Origin: a virus
Reading direction: 5' to 3' (one strand)
DNA: 64,000 bases
IMG/VR virus record: IMGVR_UViG_3300043465_002420
In this document: positions 26,779 to 36,299 of the stretch, piece by piece
How positions within the stretch are numbered: position 1 is the first letter of the stretch
Layout of the letters: every line of letters starts with the position of its first letter
Notes under the pieces: model-generated
The model's input: only the letters and a program-made list of their open reading frames with translations
What the model was told of the DNA's origin: nothing
Database searches by the model: none
Position numbers and translations under genes: made by a program

Positions 26779-28015
26779 TGAAGAAGTTGTCCTTTTCCAT
26801 TTGATCAAGTTTATCGCTTATATCTTTTCCTTTTAATCCAAGGTGTGCCACATCTGCACCAGTGTATTTAGGCTTGTGTTCAAATAATCTCTTAGATTCA
26901 TTCTCAAATCCGAAATGACTCATGAATGATTCTATGGACTTATAAGTAACTCTCTTCATTTCTCTGGATATATCATGAATTTTGTATTCGTGGCTCATTG
27001 GATTCTTGAACATGTTATATGCTTTTAAAATTATGATCGCAGGAGTAAGAACATCGTGTTCGAATTTGTATTGTATCAGCATATCAGACAGCTTCCTATT
27101 AGGAACTTCTTCACTAAGGATGTAAGCAATCATAGCAGAAAGATTATTGTTCATTTGATCAAGAGGTTCCAATTTTGGAATTTTTATTCTTTCTGGCATG
27201 ATATTATGAATGAGATCCAAATCTTTTAAAGACTTGATGAAATTAGCTGGAGATTGACTTTGCTTTAAACCAGAAAGAAATTCTTTGTTGATTCTTTCCT
27301 TGCTGACATTTTCTAAGTTTTTGAATTCAGCTATTGCCATTTTGGTTTTATCGTCAAGATGACTCATTATATTGTCACGATTGTATCTGTTAAAGAATCT
27401 AACTACACGCAGAACTCTAAGTTTGTCTTCATAGAATCTTTGGAATGGATCTCCGACCACACTTGTGTGTTTGTTCTTTATGTCTTTAATGCCTTTTCCG
27501 TCATTATAATCTTTTACTTTTTTGTTTATTGTATCATAGAACAAAGCGTTATAGTTCAAGTCTCTTCTTTTAGTATCTTCTTCTGGTGTCGCTCCAAATT
27601 CTGTTTTTTCTGGTGTTCTTGAATTGCCAGAATAGACTTCCTTTCTGAAAGTTGCTATTTCAAATTCATCTTTCTTTTTTCCATCCATGTCTTTAACAAT
27701 GATGGAAAGGACTCCTTGGTCTATTCCCTTCTCGAATATTTCTAATTTAAATCTTCCATTGGCTATGGTTGTATTATGAATTATTTTTCTTGTTTCTTCT
27801 GGAAGTGCGTCTGTTGCTAGATCATAGTCGTTTATGTCTTTTTTCATGTCGTGAAAATGATTAAAGAGATGATCCCTTACAGCACCACCGACTACATAGC
27901 ATGTTTTGCCATGTGCATTCATGATGTGTGCTATTTCTTCTAATTCCTCTGGGATCGACATTTGAGTGTCTATAGTTTCTAATTCTTCAGAAAATAACCA
28001 TTGTTTAAATTTCAT
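26768..28015 (-). CDS. cca: class II tRNA nucleotidyltransferase (CCA-adding enzyme) with capsid leader
   Basis: GGAVRD, DYD, EIATFRKE, EDTKRRD, EDKLR (EDxxR), VSKERI; MKFKQWLFSEE. Confidence 0.85.
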   Translation of the reverse strand: MKFKQWLFSEELETIDTQMSIPEELEEIAHIMNAHGKTCYVVGGAVRDHLFNHFHDMKKDINDYDLATDALPEETRKIIHNTTIANGRFKLEIFEKGIDQGVLSIIVKDMDGKKKDEFEIATFRKEVYSGNSRTPEKTEFGATPEEDTKRRDLNYNALFYDTINKKVKDYNDGKGIKDIKNKHTSVVGDPFQRFYEDKLRVLRVVRFFNRYNRDNIMSHLDDKTKMAIAEFKNLENVSKERINKEFLSGLKQSQSPANFIKSLKDLDLIHNIMPERIKIPKLEPLDQMNNNLSAMIAYILSEEVPNRKLSDMLIQYKFEHDVLTPAIIILKAYNMFKNPMSHEYKIHDISREMKRVTYKSIESFMSHFGFENESKRLFEHKPKYTGADVAHLGLKGKDISDKLDQMEKDNFFNVQ

Positions 28016-28016
28016 G

Positions 28017-28862
28017 TTAAATTTCTTGACTCACATTTTTAAGTGCTGACAAATTTGGTAACTTGCTAGGCAAATGAGGAGCAGCATGCAAACCAATATC
28101 GACTCCTTTAGAAACCTCGTTACCAACATTTTTCATGATTGAAAGTAATTCACTTTGATCAACACCTCCAACACCAGCAAGAGAAGATGCGACAGAATCT
28201 AAACTATCTTTGGCATAAAAATTAGTTGCATTTCCAATACCCGATCCAATCACATGTCCAACAGCAAACAAAAATAATGCTTTTGCCAAATATCTTTTGT
28301 TATTTCCTAAAAACAACATAATATCACCAATAGATTTTTCTGCCATTGTTCTTAATTTTGAATAGTATTTACTTGTTTTTCCAGCAATGAATCCAGCACC
28401 GCCACCAATTGTTTCGCCAGCTTTATCCATAGCACCAGAAATCATTTTTCCAGTTCTATCAATAAAAGATGATTCTGCCATTGCTGGAACTTTTCCAACT
28501 GTCATATCAGTAACTTTATCGAATCCTTTTGCAGCGTAATGAATTATTTCATCACTTACAACTTTTGATAATAAAGCAATTGGAATTGCAGCAGCACCAC
28601 CAGTCATACCAGCAGCTATTAAAGTGGCAGCAAAAGGCAAAGACAAACCAAGCTTATTTAATTTATCGGACATTGACTTTCCAACATTTATTGCTTTATG
28701 TGCAATTTCTTTTGCTTTTTTATATTGCTCATCTGTTTGGCTTGCGTTTTCTTTTTCATCACCTTTTGCACTTTGATAAGATGCTTGAAATCCTTGTTTC
28801 ATTTTATCAAAAAAAGCTTCGTTAACATTACGATGTTCAATATATTGTGAAAATGTTTTCAT
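28017..28862 (-). CDS. capsid-leader Gly/Ala-rich membrane-inserting-like protein
   Basis: MKTFSQYIEHRNVNE; LPFAATLIAAGMTGGAAAIP; paralog of 19109 and 44535. Confidence 0.6.
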   Translation of the reverse strand: MKTFSQYIEHRNVNEAFFDKMKQGFQASYQSAKGDEKENASQTDEQYKKAKEIAHKAINVGKSMSDKLNKLGLSLPFAATLIAAGMTGGAAAIPIALLSKVVSDEIIHYAAKGFDKVTDMTVGKVPAMAESSFIDRTGKMISGAMDKAGETIGGGAGFIAGKTSKYYSKLRTMAEKSIGDIMLFLGNNKRYLAKALFLFAVGHVIGSGIGNATNFYAKDSLDSVASSLAGVGGVDQSELLSIMKNVGNEVSKGVDIGLHAAPHLPSKLPNLSALKNVSQEI

Positions 28863-28876
28863 ATTTATCCTAAAAA

Positions 28877-29332
28877 TTAATTGGCTAATTTATATACAAA
28901 TTTATCTAATTCTTTTTTTGTTTCTGGGTTTTTTTGAACAAATTGATTTAACATGTTCTTGGCCTTTGGATCTTTTGATATTTCTTCTAATTGTTTGATT
29001 CTTATTTCATCAAACTTAGACATAGTTTTTCCAATACCAGTTTTCAAACCAGAATAAAATGGTTCTACTATTTTTTTCAAAACATTCATGGTTCTGTCGA
29101 AGCTTGTGTCTGTAGGTATTTCACGATTATAATTTCTTTCGAATTCATAACCAAAAGCATAATCAGCAGCTTTCAAAGAATTGGTTGAAAGTTTTTTAAC
29201 GAAATCCCAAAGTCCAGAACCGACACCAGAAATTCCAGATTCTATTCCAGCAGTTGCTATATCCATAAGTGATTCGTCATAAAACTTAGGATCTCTTTGT
29301 TCTAAGAACTTTTTAAATGTATATTCTTTCAT
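28877..29332 (-). CDS. capsid-leader hypothetical protein
   Basis: Start MKEYTFKKFLEQRDP at 29332. Confidence 0.65.
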   Translation of the reverse strand: MKEYTFKKFLEQRDPKFYDESLMDIATAGIESGISGVGSGLWDFVKKLSTNSLKAADYAFGYEFERNYNREIPTDTSFDRTMNVLKKIVEPFYSGLKTGIGKTMSKFDEIRIKQLEEISKDPKAKNMLNQFVQKNPETKKELDKFVYKLAN

Positions 29333-29363
29333 AAATTTATATATAAAATAAAAGGAAATAAAC

Positions 29364-30209
29364 ATGAACAAATTATTGACAATTGGCTTTTTAACTTTTG
29401 TTTCAAATTTTGCTATATCTCAAGAACCAAGATATAGATTTATATTACCTCCTGCTCCGCCAGCACCACCAGCATTAAACAATACAGTTAAAGCACAGAT
29501 TTCTAATCAAAACATTAATTTCAATACTGGAAGTAGTAGTGGATTTGGTGGCGGTTTTGGAGGTGGTGGCTTTCAACAAAATACAGGTGGGATTCAAGGC
29601 ACTGCCCAATACACACAAAATAATACCCTAGGCATGCAAATCTCGCAACTTTATCAAATTCCACTTTCTACAGGTGGTAGTAACATGGGTGGCGGTTTTG
29701 GTCAATTTGGTGGTGGTCAATTTGGTGGTGGTCAATTTGGTGGTGGTCAATTTGGTGGTGGTCAATTTGGTGGTGGTCAATTTGGCGGTGGTCAATTTGG
29801 CGGTGGTCAATTTGGCGGTGGTCAATTTGGCGGTGGTCAATTTGGCGGTGGTCAATTTGGCGGTGGTCAATTTGGCGGTGGTCAATTTGGCGGTGGTGGT
29901 GTCAATACAACTATGGGTGGTGGATTCGGTCAAGGTGGTGGATTCGGTCAATTTGGAGGCACTGGCGGCCAAGCTGTAGGTATGAACAATCCTTTTTATC
30001 AAATGGCAATGCAGGGTATTATGTCTGGTGTAGGTGGTTTAGCATTTCAGAGTGGTAGCGGTGGGAATATGGGCGGACAAAATATGCAAGGTCAATTTGG
30101 TGGTGGGAATATGGGTGGTGGATTTGGTCAATTTGGCGGTGGAAATATGGGCGGTAATGGATTTGGTCAATTTGGTGGTGGTTTCAACAATGGTGGAAAT
30201 GGTTTATAA
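29364..30209 (+). CDS. secreted Gly/Gln/Phe-rich low-complexity protein
   Basis: AAAGGA SD; signal peptide ending AIS-Q; QFGGG repeats; NNPFYQMAMQGI. Confidence 0.8.
   Translation: MNKLLTIGFLTFVSNFAISQEPRYRFILPPAPPAPPALNNTVKAQISNQNINFNTGSSSGFGGGFGGGGFQQNTGGIQGTAQYTQNNTLGMQISQLYQIPLSTGGSNMGGGFGQFGGGQFGGGQFGGGQFGGGQFGGGQFGGGQFGGGQFGGGQFGGGQFGGGQFGGGQFGGGQFGGGGVNTTMGGGFGQGGGFGQFGGTGGQAVGMNNPFYQMAMQGIMSGVGGLAFQSGSGGNMGGQNMQGQFGGGNMGGGFGQFGGGNMGGNGFGQFGGGFNNGGNGL
29700..29894 (+). repeat. 13 tandem 15-bp repeats GGTCAATTTGG(T/C)GGT encoding (G)QFGG
   Basis: First 5 units have T and the next 8 have C at the variable position. Confidence 0.95.
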
Positions 30210-30752
30210 TTATTTTTCGATTTCTTTATTCAACTTTTGTTTGATAGATTCTTTTTCTTCTGGATTTATATTTGCCAATTGATTGTTTCCGAAGTTAGCA
30301 ATATTTTGTTTATAGTAAGCATCAAATTCCTTGATTGAAGAAATCCCTTGTTGTTCTCCCTGTGCTGTTTTTATTTTATAAATTACTTCATCATTATCTA
30401 CAATCCACTTCGCAAATGGCGAATTAAAAATTTCTGGGAATGGCAAATTGTTTTTTGATATCTCATCTTTTTCATCTGCCATGTTTTTTGTATATTTTTC
30501 TTTAAATTGTTTTGCCATTTCTGGTGTTATATGTTGAGAAAAGAATTTTTGATATATTGGCAAGAAGTTATTTACATGAGCGATTCCATTTTGATTTCCG
30601 CCTTCTCCTGCAACTTGATAATGTATTTCTCCATCACCTGCTATAAAGTATTTGCCAAAACTTCCATATGCTAATGGCGGAAATTGAAAGGCATCAATAT
30701 TTATCTTTTCTATTAAAATTTGTTTTTTTAAAAAAGACTGAAATGTAATCAT
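30210..30752 (-). CDS. capsid-leader hypothetical protein
   Basis: MITFQSFLKKQILIE. Confidence 0.65.
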   Translation of the reverse strand: MITFQSFLKKQILIEKINIDAFQFPPLAYGSFGKYFIAGDGEIHYQVAGEGGNQNGIAHVNNFLPIYQKFFSQHITPEMAKQFKEKYTKNMADEKDEISKNNLPFPEIFNSPFAKWIVDNDEVIYKIKTAQGEQQGISSIKEFDAYYKQNIANFGNNQLANINPEEKESIKQKLNKEIEK

Positions 30753-30761
30753 ATCGCCTCA

Positions 30762-31556
30762 TTAATTACTTTTAAAATTTAAAATATTTGGATCTAATTT
30801 TTTTTTGTCTGAGCCAAAAGTATCTTTTAATCCATCCCAGTCTATTGGTTTTGGGCTTTCTTTTGGTGTTAAAACAGTACGCTGATTGCCTTGCCAATCT
30901 TTTTCTTGTGGGTTTTCCCAAGGATTACCACCATCGGGATTCCCAAATGTTCCACCAGTTTTCTTAAATAAATCCTTCATATATTGACCTACTTTTTCCA
31001 TTTGATCTTCCGCAAGCTCTCCAGTTTTTGAAACAATAGCACCAATATAATCACCAATAGCACCAGCAAAATCTTTTATTGCATTCCAAGCTTCCATTAA
31101 TATTTTCCAAATGGTGTTTCCTCCAAGACCCAAAATATACATCAATGCTTTGTAAGCCATTTGCCCCGTCCAACTGAGTAAATCTGTGATAACTCCATGT
31201 TGCAATCCAAGATATAACAATGCTCCAACAACTACAACTATACCTAATTTTTTTACTGCACTTTTCAAAAATTCTTTGATAACAATTTTTTTATCTTTGT
31301 CTTTAATTTCTTCTTCTATTTTTTGGGGTTTTATTCCAATTATTTTTTTTAAAACTGACATTCCGAATTTCGTTACATTATATGCTGCTGACAAACCAGC
31401 CTTTGCCGTTTTGTACGCACCAATTGCAGCTAACGATAGAATTTCATTTACTTGATCTGATTCATTCAAACAATAGATATCTTTCATTTTTAAAGAGTTT
31501 AATTTAACGAATTGTTTCTCAACCAAGTACAAATTAAAACTTTTCATATTAATCAT
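30762..31556 (-). CDS. capsid-leader protein with hydrophobic segment
   Basis: MKSFNLYLVE; LGIVVVVGALLYLGL. Confidence 0.65.
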   Translation of the reverse strand: MINMKSFNLYLVEKQFVKLNSLKMKDIYCLNESDQVNEILSLAAIGAYKTAKAGLSAAYNVTKFGMSVLKKIIGIKPQKIEEEIKDKDKKIVIKEFLKSAVKKLGIVVVVGALLYLGLQHGVITDLLSWTGQMAYKALMYILGLGGNTIWKILMEAWNAIKDFAGAIGDYIGAIVSKTGELAEDQMEKVGQYMKDLFKKTGGTFGNPDGGNPWENPQEKDWQGNQRTVLTPKESPKPIDWDGLKDTFGSDKKKLDPNILNFKSN

Positions 31557-31624
31557 ATTGCCTCATCAATTATTTTTTAGATATGTTATCTAGCCAACAA
31601 TGGTGGAAATGGTTTATAAAATAT

Positions 31625-32059
31625 TTAAAAATCTTCCATGTAAGTATCAAATGATTCTGGATCACTATCTATTCTGCTAACAACAATGTCATCATTGTCG
31701 AATTTAACATTAGGTATTTTTTTCCAAGTATAAGCTGCACCAGTCTCATATGTGCTTGGATAAATATCAATTTCATAAACACCCTCTTGAAATTTTCCAA
31801 TTGTGTAAACATGTTGTGTTCCAACTGTAGCAGAAACTGTAGCTGCATCAATTCCATTATCATTTAAAACACTTGCGATTTCATCTGCGATATTATGACA
31901 AATGCCACCACCACCATATTCTTCATCATGTCCTTGATCATCTTGTTTCCAATTATCATAAATATGTTGAGCTTTTGATATTATCATTGGCTTTAAAGAT
32001 TCTATTTCTTTTATAGATTTTAAAGGTTGTTCGCTTTCAATCCAATTTTTAAAATTCAT
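31625..32059 (-). CDS. capsid-leader protein, possible papain/transglutaminase-like Cys-His-Asp enzyme
   Basis: GGICHNIA...QHVYTI...IDI; MNFKNWIESE. Confidence 0.45.
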   Translation of the reverse strand: MNFKNWIESEQPLKSIKEIESLKPMIISKAQHIYDNWKQDDQGHDEEYGGGGICHNIADEIASVLNDNGIDAATVSATVGTQHVYTIGKFQEGVYEIDIYPSTYETGAAYTWKKIPNVKFDNDDIVVSRIDSDPESFDTYMEDF

Positions 32060-32556
32060 GATTTTTCCTCAAAGTTTCTTTTAGTAATGTCTCCTGTAAG
32101 AACCAATGGATCTCCATTACTATTATTAGCAAGTGTCATGTAAAAATATTTTCTTTCTTTGTTAGGAACTTCTAACTTTCTCCATATCTTTGAAACATAA
32201 TTGTGAAAATCTTCTTGATTAGATATATCTGCAATAACAAATTGATTTCCATTATGGCGAGTAATTACAACTTGTCTTCCAAAGACTGGCTTTGGCAAGT
32301 CTTGCAATTCTGGATAATCTTTTTCTAATAGTTCTTTAATTTTCTTTTTAAATTCTTGCATTTCGCTAGGATCTATTAATGTTATGTGAGGGTTGCTTAT
32401 TTCTGTTGCACCTTCTGGTAATGATTCTATTGGTGGATTTTTAGTCTTGTAAACTAATCCATTAGAGCTATCCAATACACTTACAGCCCTTTTACGATTA
32501 GGATGCATAAAGACATTATCGAAATTTTCATTAAACCAATTTTTAAAGCTTTTCAT
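32056..32556 (-). CDS. 2H phosphoesterase-like (Acb1/57B-like) with degenerate second HxT
   Basis: PHITL and FYMTLAN; start MKSFKNWFNE at 32556. Confidence 0.55.
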   Translation of the reverse strand: MKSFKNWFNENFDNVFMHPNRKRAVSVLDSSNGLVYKTKNPPIESLPEGATEISNPHITLIDPSEMQEFKKKIKELLEKDYPELQDLPKPVFGRQVVITRHNGNQFVIADISNQEDFHNYVSKIWRKLEVPNKERKYFYMTLANNSNGDPLVLTGDITKRNFEEKS

Positions 32557-32612
32557 AATTTTATATATTGTTTTGATCATATATAAAATCAAATATTAAG
32601 AAGGGAAAAATT

Positions 32613-33785
32613 ATGAATTTTAAACAATGGTTTTTTAACGAAATGGAGATAGCCACATTAGATAAAGAGAAAATTTATCCTTATGGGTCTTCCGATGAAA
32701 TAAAATTGGGTCAGCCAAAAAGCAGTAAAGTAAGTGGTTTTTGTCTACACAATCCAGAAATAAATGCATTTGCTCAAAAAAATTCAACAAATATGTTTAT
32801 AGTTTTTGCATTTGTTTTTTACACAATTCAAAAAGAGTGGCAGATAGTTCATCAAACATTTCCAGATTTTTTAAAATGGGTTTTTGAAGATGCGATACAT
32901 AAAACAAAAAAAAATAAGATAAATGCTTGGGATTATGCTGGCCAATCGTTTGCAAAACAGGCAAATCTACTTGGTTCCAAAAAAGGAGAAAGTAAGGCGA
33001 GATATCTCGAAGAATTATGGGAAAAAAAAGATACTATTTATAATGGTATAACATCGCTCATGAATAAAGGTGAATCTACTTCCTTATCAGATTCTTCTGA
33101 TTTTAAAATTTTCGAGTATATTGTAGACAACATAAAAGGACTTGCTGCTGTAAAAGCTGCTTTTGCAACTCAATTAATCATAGGAAAATATGGATGTGTA
33201 GATTCTGTTAATATGAGAGCGTATGACAAAATGATTCGTGCCGATATAGAAAAAGACCCAAAAAAATCTGGCTTTAGTTTAACCACTAAAAAAAGTAAGA
33301 CCAAAAAAGACGCTCTTGGTAATTTTGTAAATATAACCGACAAAAAAGGTAATACCGTCACTGATACAAATGTAAAAACAAGTGGTATTGGTTTGAAAGG
33401 ATATGTTAGTTTTCTTGATGCCTTGCAAGACTTATATGGCGATAGCATTTCTAAAATCATGTGGGATGATTGGTGCAAAATAGTAAATGACAAAATTATA
33501 AAATCTAATGACATTGGCGATTCAAATAAAATAAAATTAAATGTTAATGATCAAGAATTTAAAATAAACCCATACAAAGTAAAAAGCAATACAAGAGACA
33601 TGATTGACAAAGAAAAGGGATTTTTGCAAAAAGTAGATCCAGAAGGTACAGGTTCTGGAATTAGTTTGGCCCATTTGCAATCAATCAAAGCTGGAGAAAA
33701 GTATGGAGAAAAATTCGATATTGCAAAAGTATTGGAAAAAATTAAGATTTTAAAAGAATATATATTATCACAAAACATTCTATAA
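32613..33785 (+). CDS. capsid-leader protein, possible helix-hairpin-helix DNA glycosylase-like
   Basis: IKGLAAVKAAFATQLIIGKYGCVDSVN HhH-like segment; MNFKQWFFNE. Confidence 0.45.
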   Translation: MNFKQWFFNEMEIATLDKEKIYPYGSSDEIKLGQPKSSKVSGFCLHNPEINAFAQKNSTNMFIVFAFVFYTIQKEWQIVHQTFPDFLKWVFEDAIHKTKKNKINAWDYAGQSFAKQANLLGSKKGESKARYLEELWEKKDTIYNGITSLMNKGESTSLSDSSDFKIFEYIVDNIKGLAAVKAAFATQLIIGKYGCVDSVNMRAYDKMIRADIEKDPKKSGFSLTTKKSKTKKDALGNFVNITDKKGNTVTDTNVKTSGIGLKGYVSFLDALQDLYGDSISKIMWDDWCKIVNDKIIKSNDIGDSNKIKLNVNDQEFKINPYKVKSNTRDMIDKEKGFLQKVDPEGTGSGISLAHLQSIKAGEKYGEKFDIAKVLEKIKILKEYILSQNIL

Positions 33786-33797
33786 AAAGGAAAAGTC

Positions 33798-34202
33798 ATG
33801 AGTCAATATTTTAATCAAAAACCTATCAGTGAAGCGACATGGTGGGCAAGTGTGATGGATCAACTTGGAAATGTAAGCAAAAATCCTAATTTGTACGAAG
33901 ATATGGACGCACCAGCACCATCACCATCACAATCACCAGAAGATGAAATGAAAATAGGTCATGGTTTAGACAGAAAGTTAAAAATATTTTTAGATGGATT
34001 AGATAAAACTGATTTAACTAGAGCAAATTTAAAAAACTTGGCAAAAACCTTGATAAACTCATTACACAAAGCAATGGTAGATGATGAAGGAATTCAAGAT
34101 TCAAGTGCAAGAACTATGCTTATGAAAGAAATTAAAGCAGCTTTTCAAGAAGTTCCAGAAGAAGAATCAGCAGAAGAAGGTCAAGAATTTAAAGGACAAT
34201 AA
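33798..34202 (+). CDS. hypothetical protein sharing its N-terminus with 19109-20677
   Basis: MSQYFNQKPISEATWW vs MSHYTNQRIITEQEWW; AAGGA SD. Confidence 0.7.
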   Translation: MSQYFNQKPISEATWWASVMDQLGNVSKNPNLYEDMDAPAPSPSQSPEDEMKIGHGLDRKLKIFLDGLDKTDLTRANLKNLAKTLINSLHKAMVDDEGIQDSSARTMLMKEIKAAFQEVPEEESAEEGQEFKGQ

Positions 34203-34210
34203 CCTCAACG

Positions 34211-34573
34211 ATGATATCATTTATCAAAAATCTATTCGGACTTAGGTCTAGTATCAGAAATCTATTCGATCTTAGATCCGGTAGGTGGAATGGTCGTAGA
34301 AAAAAATGGCTGACAGAAAATGATAGTTGTATAGCTTGTGGAAAAAAAAGTTCACTTCATGTACACCATAAGATTCCGGTTCATATTGATGAAAGTAAAG
34401 AGCTTATTGAAGATAATCTATGTACTTTGTGTGCAACATGTCATTTTGTTTTTGGCCATTCGCACAACTGGTCACTTTATAACCCTTTTGTAATAGAAGA
34501 TTGTGAAAATCATTTAAAAAGGGTAAAAGAAAATCAAAAAATTAATCAATCCTTGCAAAAAAAACAATATTAA
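34211..34573 (+). CDS. HNH endonuclease
   Basis: CIAC...LHVHHK...NLCTLCATCH. Confidence 0.85.
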   Translation: MISFIKNLFGLRSSIRNLFDLRSGRWNGRRKKWLTENDSCIACGKKSSLHVHHKIPVHIDESKELIEDNLCTLCATCHFVFGHSHNWSLYNPFVIEDCENHLKRVKENQKINQSLQKKQY

Positions 34574-34587
34574 AATCAGTGAACTAA

Positions 34588-35688
34588 ATGCGTCATAAAA
34601 ATTTAAAAAATCAAGTAAAAATACAAGAGGCATTAGCGAAAAAAGCTAATAATCCATATCTTCGTATAATCCCAGAAAATGCAAAGATATTTCAGAAAAA
34701 TAAAAAAATAGAAATTCATAATAATGTAAGAAATAAAAAATCTATTTTTACAAATTTAGAATCACAAAATCAGAATTTCAAAAGAGAAAAAGAAATTCAA
34801 TTCTTAACAACCATACCATCTAAAATGGTAAGGCTTGATTTGCCAGAAGCTGGTAGCTTTAATGCGGGAATATTAGATTTAGGCAATAAAATATTATGCG
34901 TTTATAGATCAAATGAATATGAATTCGTAGCTTGTTTTTTAAATTATGAATATAAAGTTATAAACAATTTTTATTATAAATTTAAAATGTATGGTGTTAC
35001 CGATCCAAGAATAATTAGAACTCCTGATAATAAAGTTCTAATGTCTTATTCAATGAAATTTGACAATTGTAATGCTGAAAGTATTGCAGGAACAATTATA
35101 ATGGATCTAAGTAAATCAGATACTGAAATTTTTGAAGCTGAAACAATTAGGATAAGCCCAAAAGAAATTGTAAGAAGGCAAAAAAATTGGATGCCTTTTG
35201 TTCATGAAAAAAAATTATACTTTATTGCAAACATACATCCACATGAGATTTATGAAGTCCACACAGGAAGCATCATAAAATCAGAAAAAAAATATGTAAC
35301 ATCATTTAAAAATAAATGGTTTATGCAGACTGAATTGAGAGGTAATACAAATGCAGTTATCTTGCCAGATGGCAATTATTTGACAACATTTCACACAGTT
35401 GCAAGAAACAAAAATTTACATTATTATGATAATGGTTTTTATATTTTTGAAGGCAAGCCACCATTTGTAGTGACGCATATGTCTGAAAAAACATATTTAA
35501 AAGCAGAAGATGCTACAGAACCTCATTATAGAAAATCTGGTCTTATACTGTGTACATTTCCAATTGGAATGATCCTTAAAGATAACAAAGTCATTATAAG
35601 TTATGGCGACAATGATTCTTGTGTAAAAATACTTGAATCATCCTTAGATGATGTCATGAGCATGATGGTTAAGGTAAACGACAAATAA
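34588..35688 (+). CDS. five-bladed beta-propeller glycosidase/phosphorylase (GH130/GH32-like)
   Basis: FNAGI, TDPRI, QKNWMPF, LRG, FPIGMI, SYGDND. Confidence 0.75.
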   Translation: MRHKNLKNQVKIQEALAKKANNPYLRIIPENAKIFQKNKKIEIHNNVRNKKSIFTNLESQNQNFKREKEIQFLTTIPSKMVRLDLPEAGSFNAGILDLGNKILCVYRSNEYEFVACFLNYEYKVINNFYYKFKMYGVTDPRIIRTPDNKVLMSYSMKFDNCNAESIAGTIIMDLSKSDTEIFEAETIRISPKEIVRRQKNWMPFVHEKKLYFIANIHPHEIYEVHTGSIIKSEKKYVTSFKNKWFMQTELRGNTNAVILPDGNYLTTFHTVARNKNLHYYDNGFYIFEGKPPFVVTHMSEKTYLKAEDATEPHYRKSGLILCTFPIGMILKDNKVIISYGDNDSCVKILESSLDDVMSMMVKVNDK

Positions 35689-35699
35689 ATCAAAAATTT

Positions 35700-36299
35700 T
35701 TAGTCTGGTTTTTCAAAGTAAAAGCTATAACCTTCCCATCCAGAACCATAAACGGCTCTTTTTGGTGAGTTATCATCCGAAGTATGAAATAATTTTATTC
35801 CCTTTGATGCAGTAAATTCATCTACGGATCTTTTTACATTATAGCTTTCATCAGGTCCAGAGGCATAGTCATGACCAGCAAAAATTCCACCCTTCTTAAT
35901 CTTAGGATACCAAATGTTTAAATCGTTGAGACAACCTTGATAACTGTGATTTGCATCTAAATAAATAAAATCAATATGGTTGTCATAAAACTGATTTACA
36001 GCAACATTTGACCACATTTTTAAAAATGAAACATGTTTGTGATTCTTAAAATCTTTTAAAACTTGGTGATATCTTGTAATTTGAACTTCGTTCGATAAAT
36101 TACATGGGTCATTGTATCCTTCACTTTGATTTTCCCAAAAATCAATTGCAAATAACTTTTGACATGTTTTCCAAGAATCAACAATTTGCTTTGTAAAGTG
36201 ACCTGCTGCAACGCCAATTTCTACTCCAATCCCATTTGGAAATTTTTTATCGATATACTCAAGTAGTTCTACTCTATTTTTAAAATTTTCACTTAACAT
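35700..36299 (-). CDS. class I SAM methyltransferase (Methyltransf_24-like)
   Basis: VEIGVAAG, DFIYLDANHSY, GGIFAGHDY. Confidence 0.9.
   Translation of the reverse strand: MLSENFKNRVELLEYIDKKFPNGIGVEIGVAAGHFTKQIVDSWKTCQKLFAIDFWENQSEGYNDPCNLSNEVQITRYHQVLKDFKNHKHVSFLKMWSNVAVNQFYDNHIDFIYLDANHSYQGCLNDLNIWYPKIKKGGIFAGHDYASGPDESYNVKRSVDEFTASKGIKLFHTSDDNSPKRAVYGSGWEGYSFYFEKPD

Noticed and set aside
29628-30282. ORFs 29628-30002 (TTKL repeats), 29674-29979 and 30052-30282 (VVNL repeats)
   Set aside because: Alternative-frame or antisense shadows of the QFGGG repeat gene
34223-34282. 30-bp tandem duplication at the HNH gene start (and a 27-bp one at about 45121-45175)
   Set aside because: Short in-frame coding duplications with no evident regulatory structure
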